This document shows, piece by piece, positions 26,214 through 39,639 of a DNA stretch of 64,000 bases. Source of the stretch: Eledone cirrhosa (lineage: Eukaryota); assembly GCA_964016885.1 (NCBI GenBank), contig OZ024746.1:70680001-70744000 (forward strand). Reading direction: 5' to 3'. Numbering within the stretch: the first letter of the stretch is position 1; every line of letters starts with the position of its first letter. A program made the translations under genes and the position numbers. Under the pieces are notes generated by a model. It was not told the DNA's origin. It was given only the letters and a program-made list of their open reading frames with translations, and did not search any database.

Positions 26214-28645
26214 CACAGGTTCTCAACCCATTTAGGCCAAACGCCCCCTTTTGTCCCTCAAAATCACGAAACGCCCCCTCCCCCCTATTTTTCCATTTTT
26301 CAATATACTACTGATATTGATATCAGTAGATTACTAAAAAATTGATTAACAATATTCCAAAGATACCATTGCAGGCAGCTGAGAGTATAAATACATTCCT
26401 TGAAAAGAAATATATAAATTTCAAAAAAAGGAACATAAATGTTCTTTTTTATGAATAAGGACCAGTTGAATTTGTTATATTCCCACCAGGCGATACGAGC
26501 TATTTTGAACATTTATACAAGAGCAACTCTGTCTATCCAAAGAGTGCTCTTATCTGGAAGAAAGTGACAATTATATCATTTCAAAGCTTTCCAATTTTCC
26601 CCTTAATGGAACGGACAAAATAAATGTTGATATCTAACTTGATGTCCCCTCTGCTTTGTGAGCTTAGATACAACAGAAGAGGGTTTTCATGACCACCAAG
26701 GAGGGTATATTTATTAATAAATGGTAAAATATATACAACAAATGAGTAGGTGAATTGTAGTAGATGTTTTCCAGTTCAGTCAGACTGCAACTACAAATAC
26801 AAAAATTGTTAGTTTGCTTTGTAACAATAGCATATCCAAGTTTTCGGATAAATCAACTTACTTTAACTTTGACCTCATTTCAATGGGACCCTTGAACTTT
26901 ATGGAGTCTAGCTAACTCTTTGACGTCAGGCTGGATTTTCGTAAGATGTAGCCGGAGATCTCCACGTGTAATTACATTGTAGTGGTTGCGAGCCTTACTG
27001 TGCAGTCTGGGAACAGCACCAAACTTCCTCTTGACTAAGTATGAGCTTGGAAAAGGCAGAGCAAATCTCTTAGCCTCTGCATGTAGGTGTGGAAATCGAC
27101 GCTGAATTTCCTCTTGCATCCAAAAAAGGGGTTCACCTATTTGGGGAAATCTAATTTTGATCATGTCATCTGCTTGAAGTTCAATGAATTCTTCCTGAAA
27201 TATAATGTCCAAATCATCGACGTTAGCTATGAAGGGATCTGCTACCCACATTGGGATGTCCATCGGCAAAAGGTCGTCAAACCGTTCTCTCATGTTGTCT
27301 TGTAGCGCACGGAGATGAGCGGTATAAATTTGGAGTTGGTCATCACTTACAATGTTTTGAACATTGGCGACACTAGGAAAATTATAGAATTCCTGTCAAC
27401 AAAGATTCCTTACGATGACATTCAATTTGACCAGGAATGTTTTCACAGCATTTCTTGCTTTAAGCAAGGTGATCTTCTTCCCCTGCAAAGCCAAAATGAC
27501 GCTATTGCATTTGTCAAAGATATCGGTGAGGTAGGCGCAGTTTTGCCTCACATCGATGGTTTTCTTGTACAGTTCTGTGTTGCGTCCTCAAAGATACTCA
27601 ATGATAGAGTCGAACATTTCAAAGAAGTGAGTAAGGCACTTGCCCTTTGAAAGCCACGTCACTTCATTATGAAGGAGCAACTTGACGAATTCTTCGTCAT
27701 TACCTTGGCACAGTTGCCGGAAAATTCGTTCATTGAGGGAATGGCATTTGATAAAATTGATGACATCAATGGCCACCTGCAAGGACTTGCTCACTGGCTT
27801 GCTGAGTTTCTTCGCAGCCAAGTGTTGTCAATGAATGACACAATGAACAGCAAATACAGATAGATTTTCTCTCTTTAGAAGAGTGACGAAACCTTTATGT
27901 TGGCCAACCATTGCTCTTGCATCGTCCGTAGCACATGACACAATGTGTGTTGTATTTGGTCCTAGATGTATGTATTACCTGCCTGTGTGTTGTATGTAGC
28001 CCTAGATATATGTATTACCTGCTTATGTATTGCATGTGGTCCCAGCTGTATGTATTACCTGCTTATGTGTTGCATGTGGTCCTAGATGTTTGTATTACCT
28101 GATTATGTGTTGTATGTGGTCCTAAATGTATGTATTACCTGCGTGTGTGTTGTATGTGGTCCTAGATGTGTGTATTATCTGATTATGTGTTGTATGTGGT
28201 CCTAGATGTGTGTGCTACCCGCTTCTGTGTTTTTTTTTCTTTTTTTCTTTGTAATATTATTTATACAATAGAGAATAAAATAGATCTAGATAGTGTTAAT
28301 TCGTTACGGTTGAGTCAATAATTTCAGACATAAAATACATTGTTATCGATGAAGGAAAGACAATATTCTAACGGGCTACACTCAAAGTGTCCTTGACCCA
28401 GTTGACTGTGGCTTTTTCTATTGTTAGGATCTCAATTGCCGGTTAATGTCTAGACACGCCTGCACACCTGCTCACAGCTGTGGTCAGACCACAGTTATGC
28501 TGTCTGCATGCTCATTCAAATGCATTCACACTGGCCGTCTCAGAGACATACAAATATGGCTTATAAAACTTACCAAAGTAAAGCGCCTTCCATCACCACC
28601 ACCCACACCCCTAACGTCCCCTTGCTCCCAAACGCCCCTCTGGAG
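26214..28645 (-). mobile_element. Decayed hAT (Charlie/Buster, ZBED8/SCAND3-like) transposon
   Basis: Transposase pieces at 26880-27940: SCATDDARAMVG, HC..H...LAAK, LLLHNEVTWLSKG, LPFPSSYLV, RGDLRL, QGSH*. One end reads cacaggttctcaacc, and aacgcccc subterminal repeats occur at both ends. Confidence 0.88.
27944..28230. repeat. 40 bp minisatellite, about 7 units, abutting the truncated transposase
   Basis: cctaga recurs at 27961, 28001, 28081, 28161 and 28201, with variants at 28041 and 28121. Confidence 0.93.
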
Positions 28646-29647
28646 TTCTGAACCCCCCCCCCCCCCCCCTGGGGTGCATATGCAGGGTTTCGATTTTTGC
28701 CCATTTCTCAGGCATAAAATATGGGGATGGGGGTGACATATTCGAGTATATGTGGTAATTCTTATTATGTCAGCTTACATTGATCTACTACCACCTCCTT
28801 TATATTGATTTAGTAGTTATCATTCAATACATGAGTTTCAGCATATGCACTGATACAGGTTAGTAAATCTATTTACCCAAATTTGGCCACATTTCAAATG
28901 AGCAAAGAAAAAGTAATAAACTCACATGAAATAGAACAAATAAATCAAAATTAAGATTAGAAAATTCATAGATTTTGAATTGGCAAATATATATATATAT
29001 ACATATATATATATACATGCGTGTGTGTAGGTGCTTGCTTTGATATTGTTATATAAAACTGGGGCAAAGTCCATAACTGGTAAAGGTTGGTAAGTAGCAT
29101 TAACAAAGAAGGAAAAAGGATTAAGTCTCTTTGTTTTATCCCCCTCTCTATATATCTTTCTTTCCTACTCCCCAGAAAAAAGAAAAAAAACTAAAAGCTT
29201 TTATCTAAAGATGAACATAGTTGAATTACCTGTCCGTTTATGCTAGCTAATATAATATTCATTACCAATAACAACATTTACTTCTAAATATATTTGTTGT
29301 TGTTTTATAGTCAACAAAATAGACAAAAGAGAACTTGTAATGTTTATTTATTGTTCTTCCCAAAGCAATTGAAGCAACACCTACTGACATATTTTCTTGT
29401 GTATAATATGAGAAATTTTGAACTAAAATTATGGGGAAAAAAGGCAAGATTATATTATACAAGAAAATTTTACTGAGCTTAAAATTACTAAAATTACTCA
29501 CTTCAAATGGAAATACATGTTGATAACAATTGTTTATAAATGGTATTTGGTATATTGACAATATTTATTATTTAGTAACTAGCATAATTGAAAGTTGTTT
29601 GTCTCAAATAAAAGAAATTGATAAAATAACTGAGACCTAACTATTGT

Positions 29648-29880
29648 TTAACACTTTAGCATTTAAACCAGCCATATCCAGGCAGAATTCTCTCACCTCT
29701 TTCTCTTCAAACCAGCTGTAACCAGTCCCTCATACTGATTTTAAGGTATTGTTCTCAAAATAAATAACATCAAAATCTCGTAGATGCGATATTGTGTGAG
29801 ATATTATGTTAGATAAAGCCTTTACCACAAAAATACAATAGTATATATAATATAGACTAGTGTAAATGCTAAAGCGTTAA
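29648..29880. mobile_element. piggyBac-like MITE with TTAA duplication
   Basis: TTAA-cactttagcattta ... taaatgctaaagcg-TTAA; inverted relative to the 10718 copy. Confidence 0.8.
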
Positions 29881-30699
29881 AATATATTCTTTTATGTTTA
29901 AGATTGAGCTTTTGGTGGATAACAATGATGGAAATTTACAAAACAATTTACATCTACCTTGGTGTCATATTATACACAAGGATATAATTTATTTTCATTT
30001 TTTCAACTTCAGAAACAGGGGTTGTATTAAACAAAGAAATACAGTCAGGGTAACTGTGGCTTTTTGTGGGCTTTTTTTACAGGTGACCCTCAGGTCTCCT
30101 CACTTTTGGGGGAATTTGTTATGTTTGATTTTTTTAATGTTAATTTTTTGTAATCTTTGTTATAATATTTTTATTTTTCACAAAAAAAAACACACTGTAC
30201 CATTCTGTGTCGTTTTATTGTTCTCTTAATGTGAGCCCTGTGTGGCTGATAAAAAAACATTATTATTAGGAATCAAAGAACCAGAAGACAAAGTATCAGT
30301 TATTGAAAAACTACAAAATTAATGATAATCATTATGAATTAACTCTTAATCTCCTGTATCACATGAAATTGCAAATACAAAACACTATGACTACATTATA
30401 TTCAAAATTAAAGTCTTTCCTGGAATACAGCATATTTTCACAATTACCTGCCCATCATCACCATTTAATGTCCTCTTTCCCTGATAACAAGAATTGGCTG
30501 GGTTGAGGTGAAATAGTTGTGTAGTAATGGTGTTATCTAATGTGAGGTCGATTTTTGTAGTGAGTGGATAGCACAGAGGCCAAGATTTGGGTGGATTTTA
30601 AAGTTGATGCCAACATCATTTGGGTAATGTTGATGGAATATTTTCCACATCATACAAATGACATAGCATTGAATTGAGTTTGAATTTTTCTATTCAACC

Positions 30700-32005
30700 T
30701 CAAATTTCAAGGCCTGTCATGTTGTCTATCATTTTTGTAATTGACAACTGGGGTGCTTCAATTTTCATATTACTTTGTTTCATGTGGTGGGACCACACTG
30801 GGCAACATTATTCAAGGTGAGGCCAGGCAGAGGTAGTGAACAGAACGATAATGGTATGAATATCTCTAGACTGGAAAGTTCTAAGAATCCAGGAACACAT
30901 CTTGTAGGCCATGTCAACTTTGTTGTTTATGTGGGTGCTCCTGCTTAAGTTATTATCAACAATTACTCCAAGGTCTCTGGTGATATTGGTAGATAAATTC
31001 AAATTTACCCTTGTTTAGAAGCTTATTGTTTATTTTCACTCATTGTATAACAGCAAGCAGATCCAATTGAAGGCATGTCTAGTCTCCCACTCTGTTGATG
31101 ACCTTCTGGAGCTTTGAATCATCTGAAAGATTCTTATTGGAAATAGCAACAATGTGTTTTTTGGTATATGAAAAGAACACTTTGGGATTGAGTTTGATTT
31201 TTCTCAAAGGCTCAGTCCTCCTCAGTTGTTCTTTAGTTGTTGATGATGGTCTTCAAGCAAATTTTGAAGGTTATGTTATTTTGATTCAAGCAATGCAATA
31301 GCAGCTGAATGGGTGTATTGCTGCTGGCAGTATTTTAGTTGTTTTTTTTTTGTTTTTTGTTAATTCTTTTTATTTTTCTAATAATAGTTTTTCTATTTCT
31401 AGGAATTCTGGACTTAATTTTGCTCACAGATCTTGATGGGGTATGTTTTGCACATATATTTGTAACAGTGTCTACAAATATCTGCCAAGATGTTTTGAAG
31501 TTGGTGGAGGGATGTGTGTGTGCGAAAGATCATGAGTGATTGCATCCCAGTTTACATCATAAACATCCATGTTATCAAATAGATGGGCTGGAGAGAGATC
31601 ATTGGGTTTAACTTTTAGTTGATGGAATCTCAGGTTATAGAGAACCATGCCAGGACAGAGAAGAGAGTGTTTCCCACTGTAATATTGTGAATAGTGTTGT
31701 GGTTACTAAACAATAGGTCCAAAATGTTTGGGGGATATTTTGTTGGTGTGAACACAAGTTAGGATAGGAAAAATACATCCATAAAGTCCAAAAGTTACTC
31801 TACTGCTGCTTTGTCAGAGATTGAGGTGGAAACACCTGGTTTCAAACTGTTTGTAAACCAATCAACAGAGGGTAGATTGAAGTCACCCATCATTAATATG
31901 TCACTAGAATGGCATTGCTGGATAAAACACTTCATGCTGTTTAGCACAGTTAAGGCGTTTGGAGTGACCTATAGAGCCCAACTACTGTCAAATCCTGGGC
32001 TTTGT
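30700..32005 (-). mobile_element. Heavily decayed CR1/L2-group LINE
   Basis: Remnants ILMMGDFNLPSVDW (APE), ILDLL, RDLGVIVDNNLS and WILRTFQSRD...PHLE. Confidence 0.8.
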
Positions 32006-32066
32006 TGTGCACAGAAACTGTTTCACAGTAACCATATATATAACTATTTTCACTAATAACAAGTAT

Positions 32067-32263
32067 TTAACCCTTTCAACACCAACCTGCCTGAGCCCAC
32101 TTTATATTGAAACTGTCTATCATAATTTTATATATGAATACATTGAGTTACGTTCCAAATACCATCTTATTAACAACAAAGTTATTTGACTAAGTCCTTC
32201 CAAATTCTTAATTCAAAAACATAAGCAGTGTATTTCATCAGAAGCATAGTTTCAAAAGGGTTA
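32067..32263. mobile_element. piggyBac-like MITE, second family
   Basis: TTAAcccttt ... aaaagggTTA ends; relatives near 12.6, 50.7, 56.4 and 63.3-63.9 kb. Confidence 0.55.
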
Positions 32264-32944
32264 TTATGATGATCTGGAAGAAGAAATTATTGATCTATAT
32301 AAATAGTTATATTATTAACTATCATTATGTAGATCAAAGTAAGAGGCATACTACTGACTATATAAATGTGAATTCAGACCTTGCTACAACTGCTGCCATA
32401 ACATAAACAGTGATTGTATGCCTCTTGCTTGCAACAGTCTGTAAAACAATACACTGATGTGTACAAAGCTTAAGAACCAAACAATAGCTTATATATTTAA
32501 AATTTGAAGTAGTAACTAAAGATGTCAAAAATTAATATTAAATTATGAAGAACTAATAAATATATAATAATAAATCATCATCGTTTAACATCCATTTTTC
32601 CATGCTAGCATGGGTAAGATGAGTTGTCCCTTTGAGACAACCCAGATCAGATGACTGTATCTTGCTCATACAGAACTGATTTTGGCATGGTTTCTACGGT
32701 TGGCTGCCTTTCATAACACCCACCACATTTACAGTGTGTACTGCGCACTTTTTGTCATGACACCTATACAACCACTTTAGAGTGTGGGCGTGGCACTTTT
32801 GCTTGTTTCACCTACATGACCATTTTACAGTTTTTTGTTGTGGCACCAAAATGACAAACAGATTTCAAGATACTTGAAATAGCCAAAATGTGACAACTGT
32901 TTGAAAATGGAATTAATAATGCATGATTATGTGTGTATTTTACT

Positions 32945-33520
32945 TCAAATATAAATATACTTTAGTGGTTGAAGTGACGTCCGAACGAATATCCTCCACC
33001 ACCAACTAACTTGCTCTCCACCTCTGAGTTCTGACTGATAGGATGGAGAATGCAGTGTCCCAGAGGACGGGAAGGGAAATGCGCTGAAACAGCCACTCCA
33101 TCTGCGAGCAGCCAACTCCGCCATGATAGCAGTGAGTAGGGATGTGGTCCGGAGGCCACGAACGCCAGAAGTTTCCACTGCTACAGGCTCTACCACAAAC
33201 CTATCGGAGAGCGGCTAATACTTGGACAGTTTGCCTTGTTTGGCTCAGTGGGTAGCAGAGCCTGGGCTGATAGCCGAATGCACCAGGTTGCCACTTGAGT
33301 AATTGTCACAATATGTGGCCTCCTAGATGAGTCTAGCTCCGTGGAACGGGAAGACTGTCATGCTGTTTGGCCTTCTGCTGTCCCCTCAGTCCAACCCTAC
33401 TGGCTCGAGCTAGGAAAGGAAACCTGCGCCATTCAGGGCATGCTTTATGATCTCGCGAGCAGCATGACATAAAGGCAGCTAGCACTGTAACGCCAGACAG
33501 TGGGTGGAGACTGAAACAAT
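32945..33520 (-). mobile_element. CRE-like (restriction-like endonuclease) non-LTR retrotransposon 3' fragment
   Basis: Decayed EPVGL..DSRRPNSMTVFPF...KLSKY..L..RFVVEPVAVETSG aligns by eye with the 37917-38333 peptide. Confidence 0.7.
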
Positions 33521-35876
33521 CCACAATGATACCACAGCAACATTATTCTCAGTAGACATAATCCAACATAAAAACTATACAATTCTTGAAATAAGTTTTT
33601 ATTACTTTCACAAAACACATTCATTTTTTGGCTTTCTCTAAAACGAAAATGGCTTTTATCACGTGTTTTTAAGGCGTGTAACGCAATTTTAGATACACTA
33701 CATTTGTAGAATACTATTCCTATTTTATAGTATTTATTGCTTTGCCAAAGAAATTATACTAAGATGTGAAGGAAAATCTGTTCATATATTAGAAGGCTCC
33801 ACCCAATTCTTAACTGTTATATTATAACAGTCACTATTTCAAGTATTTCTAGTCAGTCTCAATTTCATGGTGACATGCTCATTGCTGAAAGTTAGTTGTA
33901 GCAGTGTGACAAAGGGTTTTGTATTTCACTGTAAATGTGTATACTGTATGAGGCTTTTAAAAAAATCATGATACTGTGTGTTAAAGAAATATGCGTAATG
34001 AATGCAATGATTGAAGAAAAGCAAGTAAAATACGAATATATAATGTTAATCTATGAGAAATGTTAAATGTGTGAATGAGTTAAGAAAGTAACAAGGCATA
34101 GTGTTGTTGTTTAGCTCCTGGTCAGCCGTAAATGAGTAGACATGTGATCAAAGTCATCCAAGCTGTTATCTTCTGCCTTTAAGATATAATGTATCCATAA
34201 TTATATTACCCTGAGACATAAATTCCTTTCCCTTTTTAAGAGAGAAAGGTGAGATTTGAGGAGGGTTTGGGTGTTATTTCTGGGTCATAGAGGCAATTAT
34301 GTTGGTATGGGAATGTGTTTAGATAATACATGTTGAGTAAACAAAAGCAGAGTTGGTGGCAAAATGTATCTATCTGCATATGAAGATTTGGATATATATT
34401 GGGTAAAAGTAGTTACAATCAAACCCGAGGACACTGGGAAAGCGACGGAGCAGAAAAACTGAGAATTTGCGAGCTGTAGATAAAACTAACATAAAAATGC
34501 TGTTATTTTCAACAGTTGTTAAACAAGAACTATTTCATCGGCATTCCTTTGATTTTCCTATAGCATACGCAATATCTTTACAACTATAAACTAAAACTTA
34601 TCCCTCGATGTATATATATTGCTTTCAAACAATTTTTATTTTTATAGTATTTTGGAAACGATTAACATATTTACCTAATAAAATATTTTAAGCTACTTTA
34701 ATCTAGGAAGCTTCTGTAATGCGGCAAAGCTTGAGTTAAACAATGACTGTTTGTTTAAAAACGGAAATAATGCCTTCCCTTATAAGAAATAGATTATAAT
34801 TTATAGCAAAAACAAAACAGATATTCTCCGTTTCAGTAATTTCACTCTATTTAATACAATTCTCAGATATGTAAATTACTATTTAGGAAAATTATTTTAA
34901 AAAATACAATCCACTGGGGAAATTGATTTACTGTTTTAAAATCATATTTCATTTAACAGCTGAATAAAATGACATTTTCAAATTATTGACTCAGGATTTT
35001 ACCAAAGGGTAGAGGAGAAAAGATGAGGTAATCACGGATGCAACACCTTTTATTATAAGGGTTGCACGATCAAAACTGACCTATAGCTGGACACGTTTAT
35101 ATGTAACGATGACAATATATCATAACGGTAACGAACAGTACAAGCTCACGCAGAGACACGCAGACAGTTTATTTACTGTGAATAAGCTTCGTATCGCAAT
35201 ATTTAACATAATGTATTTTTTAAAAGTCATTAGAAACCTTGATGCCCAGTAGTAATTAAGTGATCGAAAGAATTAGTTTGTTTGTCATATACTTCGTTTT
35301 AAAAAGAGTACTTTTCATTATTTATCTAAAATTCAACGTCATCGGAAATCTTAGAGATTCTGACGAAATATATCAAGATTCTGCTAATCAAAAGGTTACG
35401 ATGATCTGGTAATTGTTAATAGGAATAGTGGCTAGATTGTTGCGATATGAACTGGATAATGTAAATGATAATATTTTTTAAAACTATGCACAATACCATT
35501 AAAAAATATATATATATATATTTATATATATATAGTCACGACATGATCATACATACAACTGGTTCTTATTTAACTGAGTCTGACAGAATTTGAAGAAAGA
35601 AACATGAGATACTGAAATATGAGATTCTGAAGCACAGAGAGTGGGTTTTCTACTGTTAGGCCCCCATATTCATTGAATAAAATGTAACATCAAGTGGACC
35701 TTGAAAAGTAAAAACCTCAAGTGTCGTTTTATTTTGTCCGGTTCTTTTTTTTTTGCTTTCGTTTAAAAGATGAAAACAATTTATAGCTGAATAGTGTTGA
35801 TGTGTAATAATAATTCTAACGCAAATGATGGAGAGAGAAGGAGGGAAAGCTACGTGTCCCACCACAAAGGTGAAAC

Positions 35877-36520
35877 TCTATATATAATATAAAAGGGAGA
35901 TGTTTGTTGGTTGGTTGAAAAACACGAAAACTACACATATCTAAAAAGAGAGACACAGAGGGAGAGGCAGAAAGAAAGATATACAATTAAAGTGTTAAAT
36001 ATTCAGAAAAAGAGAGTGACGTCCCACAAAAGTCTAGAATCGACTTAAACTATAGATCCTTTGATCTATAGGAAGGTTTAACAATATTGCGTTAGCTTTT
36101 ATAAAGTCGTTTTACAGTCTGATTTTACAGAACAAAGAAAAATTGATACTATTTGAAATTAATCTACCCTCCAGCTTTTATCCATATACTACTTACAGAC
36201 CGTACTAACGAAGCTAAACACTTCAGAAGCAATGGTATGCAGTATATTGCTGAGTTTCAGATGACGTCCTTTGGAGCCGAAAAAGATCACAGTGACCATG
36301 GTTATTTCACATTTAAAATCCAAGGCCAATACTACCATTTAATCGGCAGTTTACTCCCTCAGCCTAACAAGGAAGTTTTATTATTGTTTTGTTTCTTTTT
36401 TGTCTCTCTCTCTCACACACACAAATTACGGTCTCACCTGATACCAGACAACACATCAAATACAGTCGTTTATCCGTCTTCTCTTAACTATTCTCCCGGG
36501 CGAAGCCGGGTACCTCAGTA
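35877..36520 (+). mobile_element. Internally deleted Helitron
   Basis: 5' TCTATATATAATATAAAA, RepHel N-terminal remnant FQMTSFG...FKIQGQYYHLIGSLLP, and a 3' hairpin CCCGGGCGAAGCCGGG followed by tacctcagta (degenerate CTAG end). Confidence 0.8.
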
Positions 36521-36964
36521 TCTTATATGTGAATGGATTATGAAAATAAGCACTGACAGCCGTAGCAGCACGAAGTATCAATTGCATTGTTTTTTTAATA
36601 TGCATATCATTCGATATAGTGGATAAATACAGAGCTTCATTTTTTAAGGATTGTTATGAAATGAACGAACTGTACTTTTATTATGTTGGTTGGTGAACAA
36701 AATCATAAATCTTGTAGAACATGATAGAATGCTTTAGTGCACTGTTTACCGAACGCACTTAATTATGTAATTAAAAAGACACACAAAATGAAAAAGAACG
36801 TAAGAAAAAGGAACCATAAATAATAAGATGATTTCAAGAAGTATTTTCATTTTCATGTCAGACACCATCGGTGGCTGACACGATCTCAGGCAACAGCCGC
36901 TTTCGGCATCATAGAAAGGGTTAAACATGATCGGAGAATGTTAAATAGAATGATCTACATACCT

Positions 36965-37150
36965 TTTGATTGGTGAAAGCAAAAACAATGCTTCAGAGAT
37001 AGACAATGATATATAAGCAAAGAAACGAATTCAATAAGATGGAAAAGAGTAGTAATCACAAATTTGTACTACTCTGTCAAGTACTTTTGAGTTATTAAAA
37101 GGATATATATAAGGATGCTTTTGATTGGTCACAATTCCTACGTCATCGAG
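36965..37150 (-). promoter_or_regulatory. Candidate promoter elements for the minus-strand ACSL-like gene
   Basis: Minus-strand TGACGTA (CRE-like, 37139-37145) and two CCAAT boxes (37124-37128, 36969-36973) sit in a locally CpG-retaining, non-repetitive stretch upstream of an exon that needs a 5' UTR exon. Confidence 0.25.
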
Positions 37151-37747
37151 TTGATGAGCTTATTCCGTAACATCATAACGTTTCATTAAGTCCGCGATAG
37201 TAAATATTACAATTTTATCATGTAACAATCGTGTTACTGTCCCAATAAATTTCATTCGTTAGTAATATTACATCCTGTTTCTAAAATATTCAAGCTACTG
37301 TTTGTTCTATTGTGATGTTTACTTTTATTTAAAAATCAAGACATTATCACTGTCCTAAGGATAGAATAGATTATTTTGACTAGAAGTTCAACGTTTTAGC
37401 CTGAACCTTTTATCTGAAAGAGAGAAAATGTTTACTAATAGTGCTGAATAAATATTATGAGATATATTTTTCTTCAATGAAGGTTACAGTCCGGAACGTT
37501 AGACTTCTCATTTCCACCACTGCGAACTTTTTGAGTTTACTAGTTTCTTCGAATAATACATTTTCACAATAACTGTTTCTGATTTTCGCACAAAGCCAAT
37601 AATTTTAGGGGGAGACTAAGTCGATTAAATCGACCCAGTACGTTACTGCTGCATTATCTTATCGACCCAGTAAGAATAAGAAGCAAACCTAGTCTCATTG
37701 GGATTTCAGATCTCCTAAAATACTTTCTCTCTCTCATATAATAGAGT

Positions 37748-38331
37748 TTATTTTAAATATTGTATAAATTTACAGTAGAATAACATTGCAAGTATGTTTA
37801 AAATAAATAACATTAGAAATGCGTAAATAACTTTATAAATGTAAAGGAAGGGGTGAACATCGAACCAACACCAGAGCAAAAGACAGCAACGTCGCGAGGA
37901 GTACTGGGCAACCTCTCTAATGATTTTTGAGGCAAGCCAGCACACTCGCAGCGTTGCTTCGGGTGATACGCTGAAACAGCCGAGCGCCCTCGCCAGATTC
38001 ACCAGTTACCTCTATTAGGCGAGCCGCCAGTGAAGAGAGGAACCTCGCAGTCAGCGGCCCGACTCTCCCAAACGTCCCGAAAGCCACAGGCTGAAAAATG
38101 TAGCTGGCCAACAGATCAGAGTATTTGAGGGTCTTACTTCGTTCGGCTGAGGAAGCTGTGGCTCTCGTCCTAACCGCAGCATCCAGGATGTGGGAAAGAG
38201 CAAAAGAGTCACTAACAGTGACGTCCCAGACAAGGCACCTGCCTCTCGACCAGGGGCACAGGGTAAGGCCCTCAGGTCTTTTGCCGTTACTTCTGGACAA
38301 CCCAGATGGTTCCAAGACTGAGGGAATATTC

Positions 38332-38335
<4 letters not shown>
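37748..38335 (-). mobile_element. CRE-like non-LTR retrotransposon 3' fragment (RLE endonuclease domain)
   Basis: EPSGLSRSNGKRPEGLTLCPWSRGRCLVWDVT...AE..K..KY...FQPVA.GTFG is the PD-(D/E)xK RLE motif. It is 5' truncated at a (TA)n tract. Confidence 0.85.
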
Positions 38336-38381
<46 letters not shown>

Positions 38382-38382
<1 letters not shown>

Positions 38383-38672
38383 AAGGTTAAAAAACACTTG
38401 TGAATAGTGCAGTTTTAAATGGTATGTTGATTTAAAACTGCACTATTCACAAGTGTTTTTTAACCTTCATATCATGTCTTCCTATTTTATCTGATGAAAA
38501 CACAAATGTTATTGCATGATGATATTTGTTTTTGAAATGCGCATAATAAAATACATGGAACTCTTTTAACCATCTTTTGATCTTATATATTATGTATACT
38601 CCAGTCCTACAAACTGTAGAGTGCTTCTTAACCGATATCTGCATTGCTTTACAATAAAACTCACCTCCTACA
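38382..38672 (+). mobile_element. Hammerhead-bearing non-autonomous element (Penelope pLTR/retrozyme-like) with a 5' fold-back
   Basis: Perfect 39 bp inverted arms (38382-38420 and 38430-38468), a hammerhead-like motif at 38487-38546, (TA)n flanks, and a relative at 42942-43190. Confidence 0.6.
38487..38546 (+). ncRNA. Type I hammerhead-like motif, probably inactivated at the cleavage site
   Basis: ttat-CTGATGA, long stem II (acaaatgttatt/gatgatatttgt), GAAA-tgcgc-ataa; it lacks U16.1. Confidence 0.5.
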
Positions 38673-38683
38673 TATATATATAT

Positions 38684-38887
38684 ATAGGAATGAGTAGTAC
38701 CCCGACGGCTGAGCTCAAGCCGTTTTGACGGCTAATTCTGGACTAAATTTAGTCCAGAATTAGCCGTCGAAATGGCTTGAGCTCAGCCGTCGGGGTCCTA
38801 CTCATTCCTATTACCCACTCTATTACCCTAAGTATTGAGTACTTTGGTGCATTATGGTCCACCTGGTTCCTTACCACATTTCCTCCG

Positions 38888-38890
<3 letters not shown>
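38684..38890 (+). mobile_element. Fold-back fragment of the Penelope-like 3' tail
   Basis: 128 bp loopless palindrome (64 bp arms, 3 mismatches). 38748-38890 is homologous to 42742-42885. Confidence 0.85.
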
Positions 38891-38934
<44 letters not shown>

Positions 38935-38979
38935 TACATACACACACACACATCATCATCATCATCATTCATCATCATT

Positions 38980-39288
38980 TTACGTCCGCTTTTCCTTGCT
39001 TGCAAGGGTGGGACGGGAACTGATTCTGGCTTGATTTCTACAGCTGGATGCCTGCCCTTCCTAACACCAACCTCATTTACAGCGAGTGCTGGGTGCTTTT
39101 TTGCCGTGGCACCTCCACGACCACTTTACAGTGGAATGATATGGACCCCAGTCCTTATCATCTCATTTCTTCAGCTGAGTAAACTGGAACAATGTGAAAT
39201 AAAGTGACTTGCTCGAGGAAACAACACATCACCCGGTCTGAGAATTGAACTCAAGGCCAATGCTCTAACCACTAAGCCATATGCCTCC
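38980..39288 (-). mobile_element. tRNA-derived SINE with RTE-type tail
   Basis: Minus-strand A-box tggcttagtgg and B-box gagttcaattc, with a tail shared with the RTE 3' UTR and a (GAT)n end. Confidence 0.75.
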
Positions 39289-39473
39289 ATAAAATATATA
39301 TATATATATATATATCATCATCATCATCATCACCGTTTTACGTCCGTTCTTCCACGCTAGCATGGGTTAGACGGGTTGTCCTGTTGTGGGCAGTGTCTGG
39401 TCGGCTGACCATGCCTTGCTCATACAGGAACTGATATATATATATATATACATATACATATACATATATATAT

Positions 39474-39600
39474 GAAAAAGTATGACCCCGACGGCAGAGC
39501 TCAAGCCGTTTCGACGTCCAGAAATAGCTGTCGAAACGGCTTGAGTTCTGCCGTCGGGGTCATACTTTTTCCTATTTCCCACTCTACTACCCTTTGTTAT
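39474..39600 (+). mobile_element. Second fold-back fragment of the Penelope-like 3' tail
   Basis: 42 bp arms (39474-39515 and 39530-39571) with a 14 nt loop, embedded in (TA)n. Confidence 0.85.
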
Positions 39601-39639
39601 ATATATATATATACATACATATACATATATATATATATA

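Larger units (their letters stand above)
25410..28758. mobile_element. Second pogo-like non-autonomous element, hosting a nested hAT
   Basis: Left part matches 21735-21795. The right end catattcgagtatatgtggta is the inverted match of taccatatatactcg. Confidence 0.5.

Noticed and set aside
26880-27940. Domesticated ZBED8/SCAND3-like host gene
   Set aside because: It has stops and frameshifts, is truncated, and retains transposon ends.
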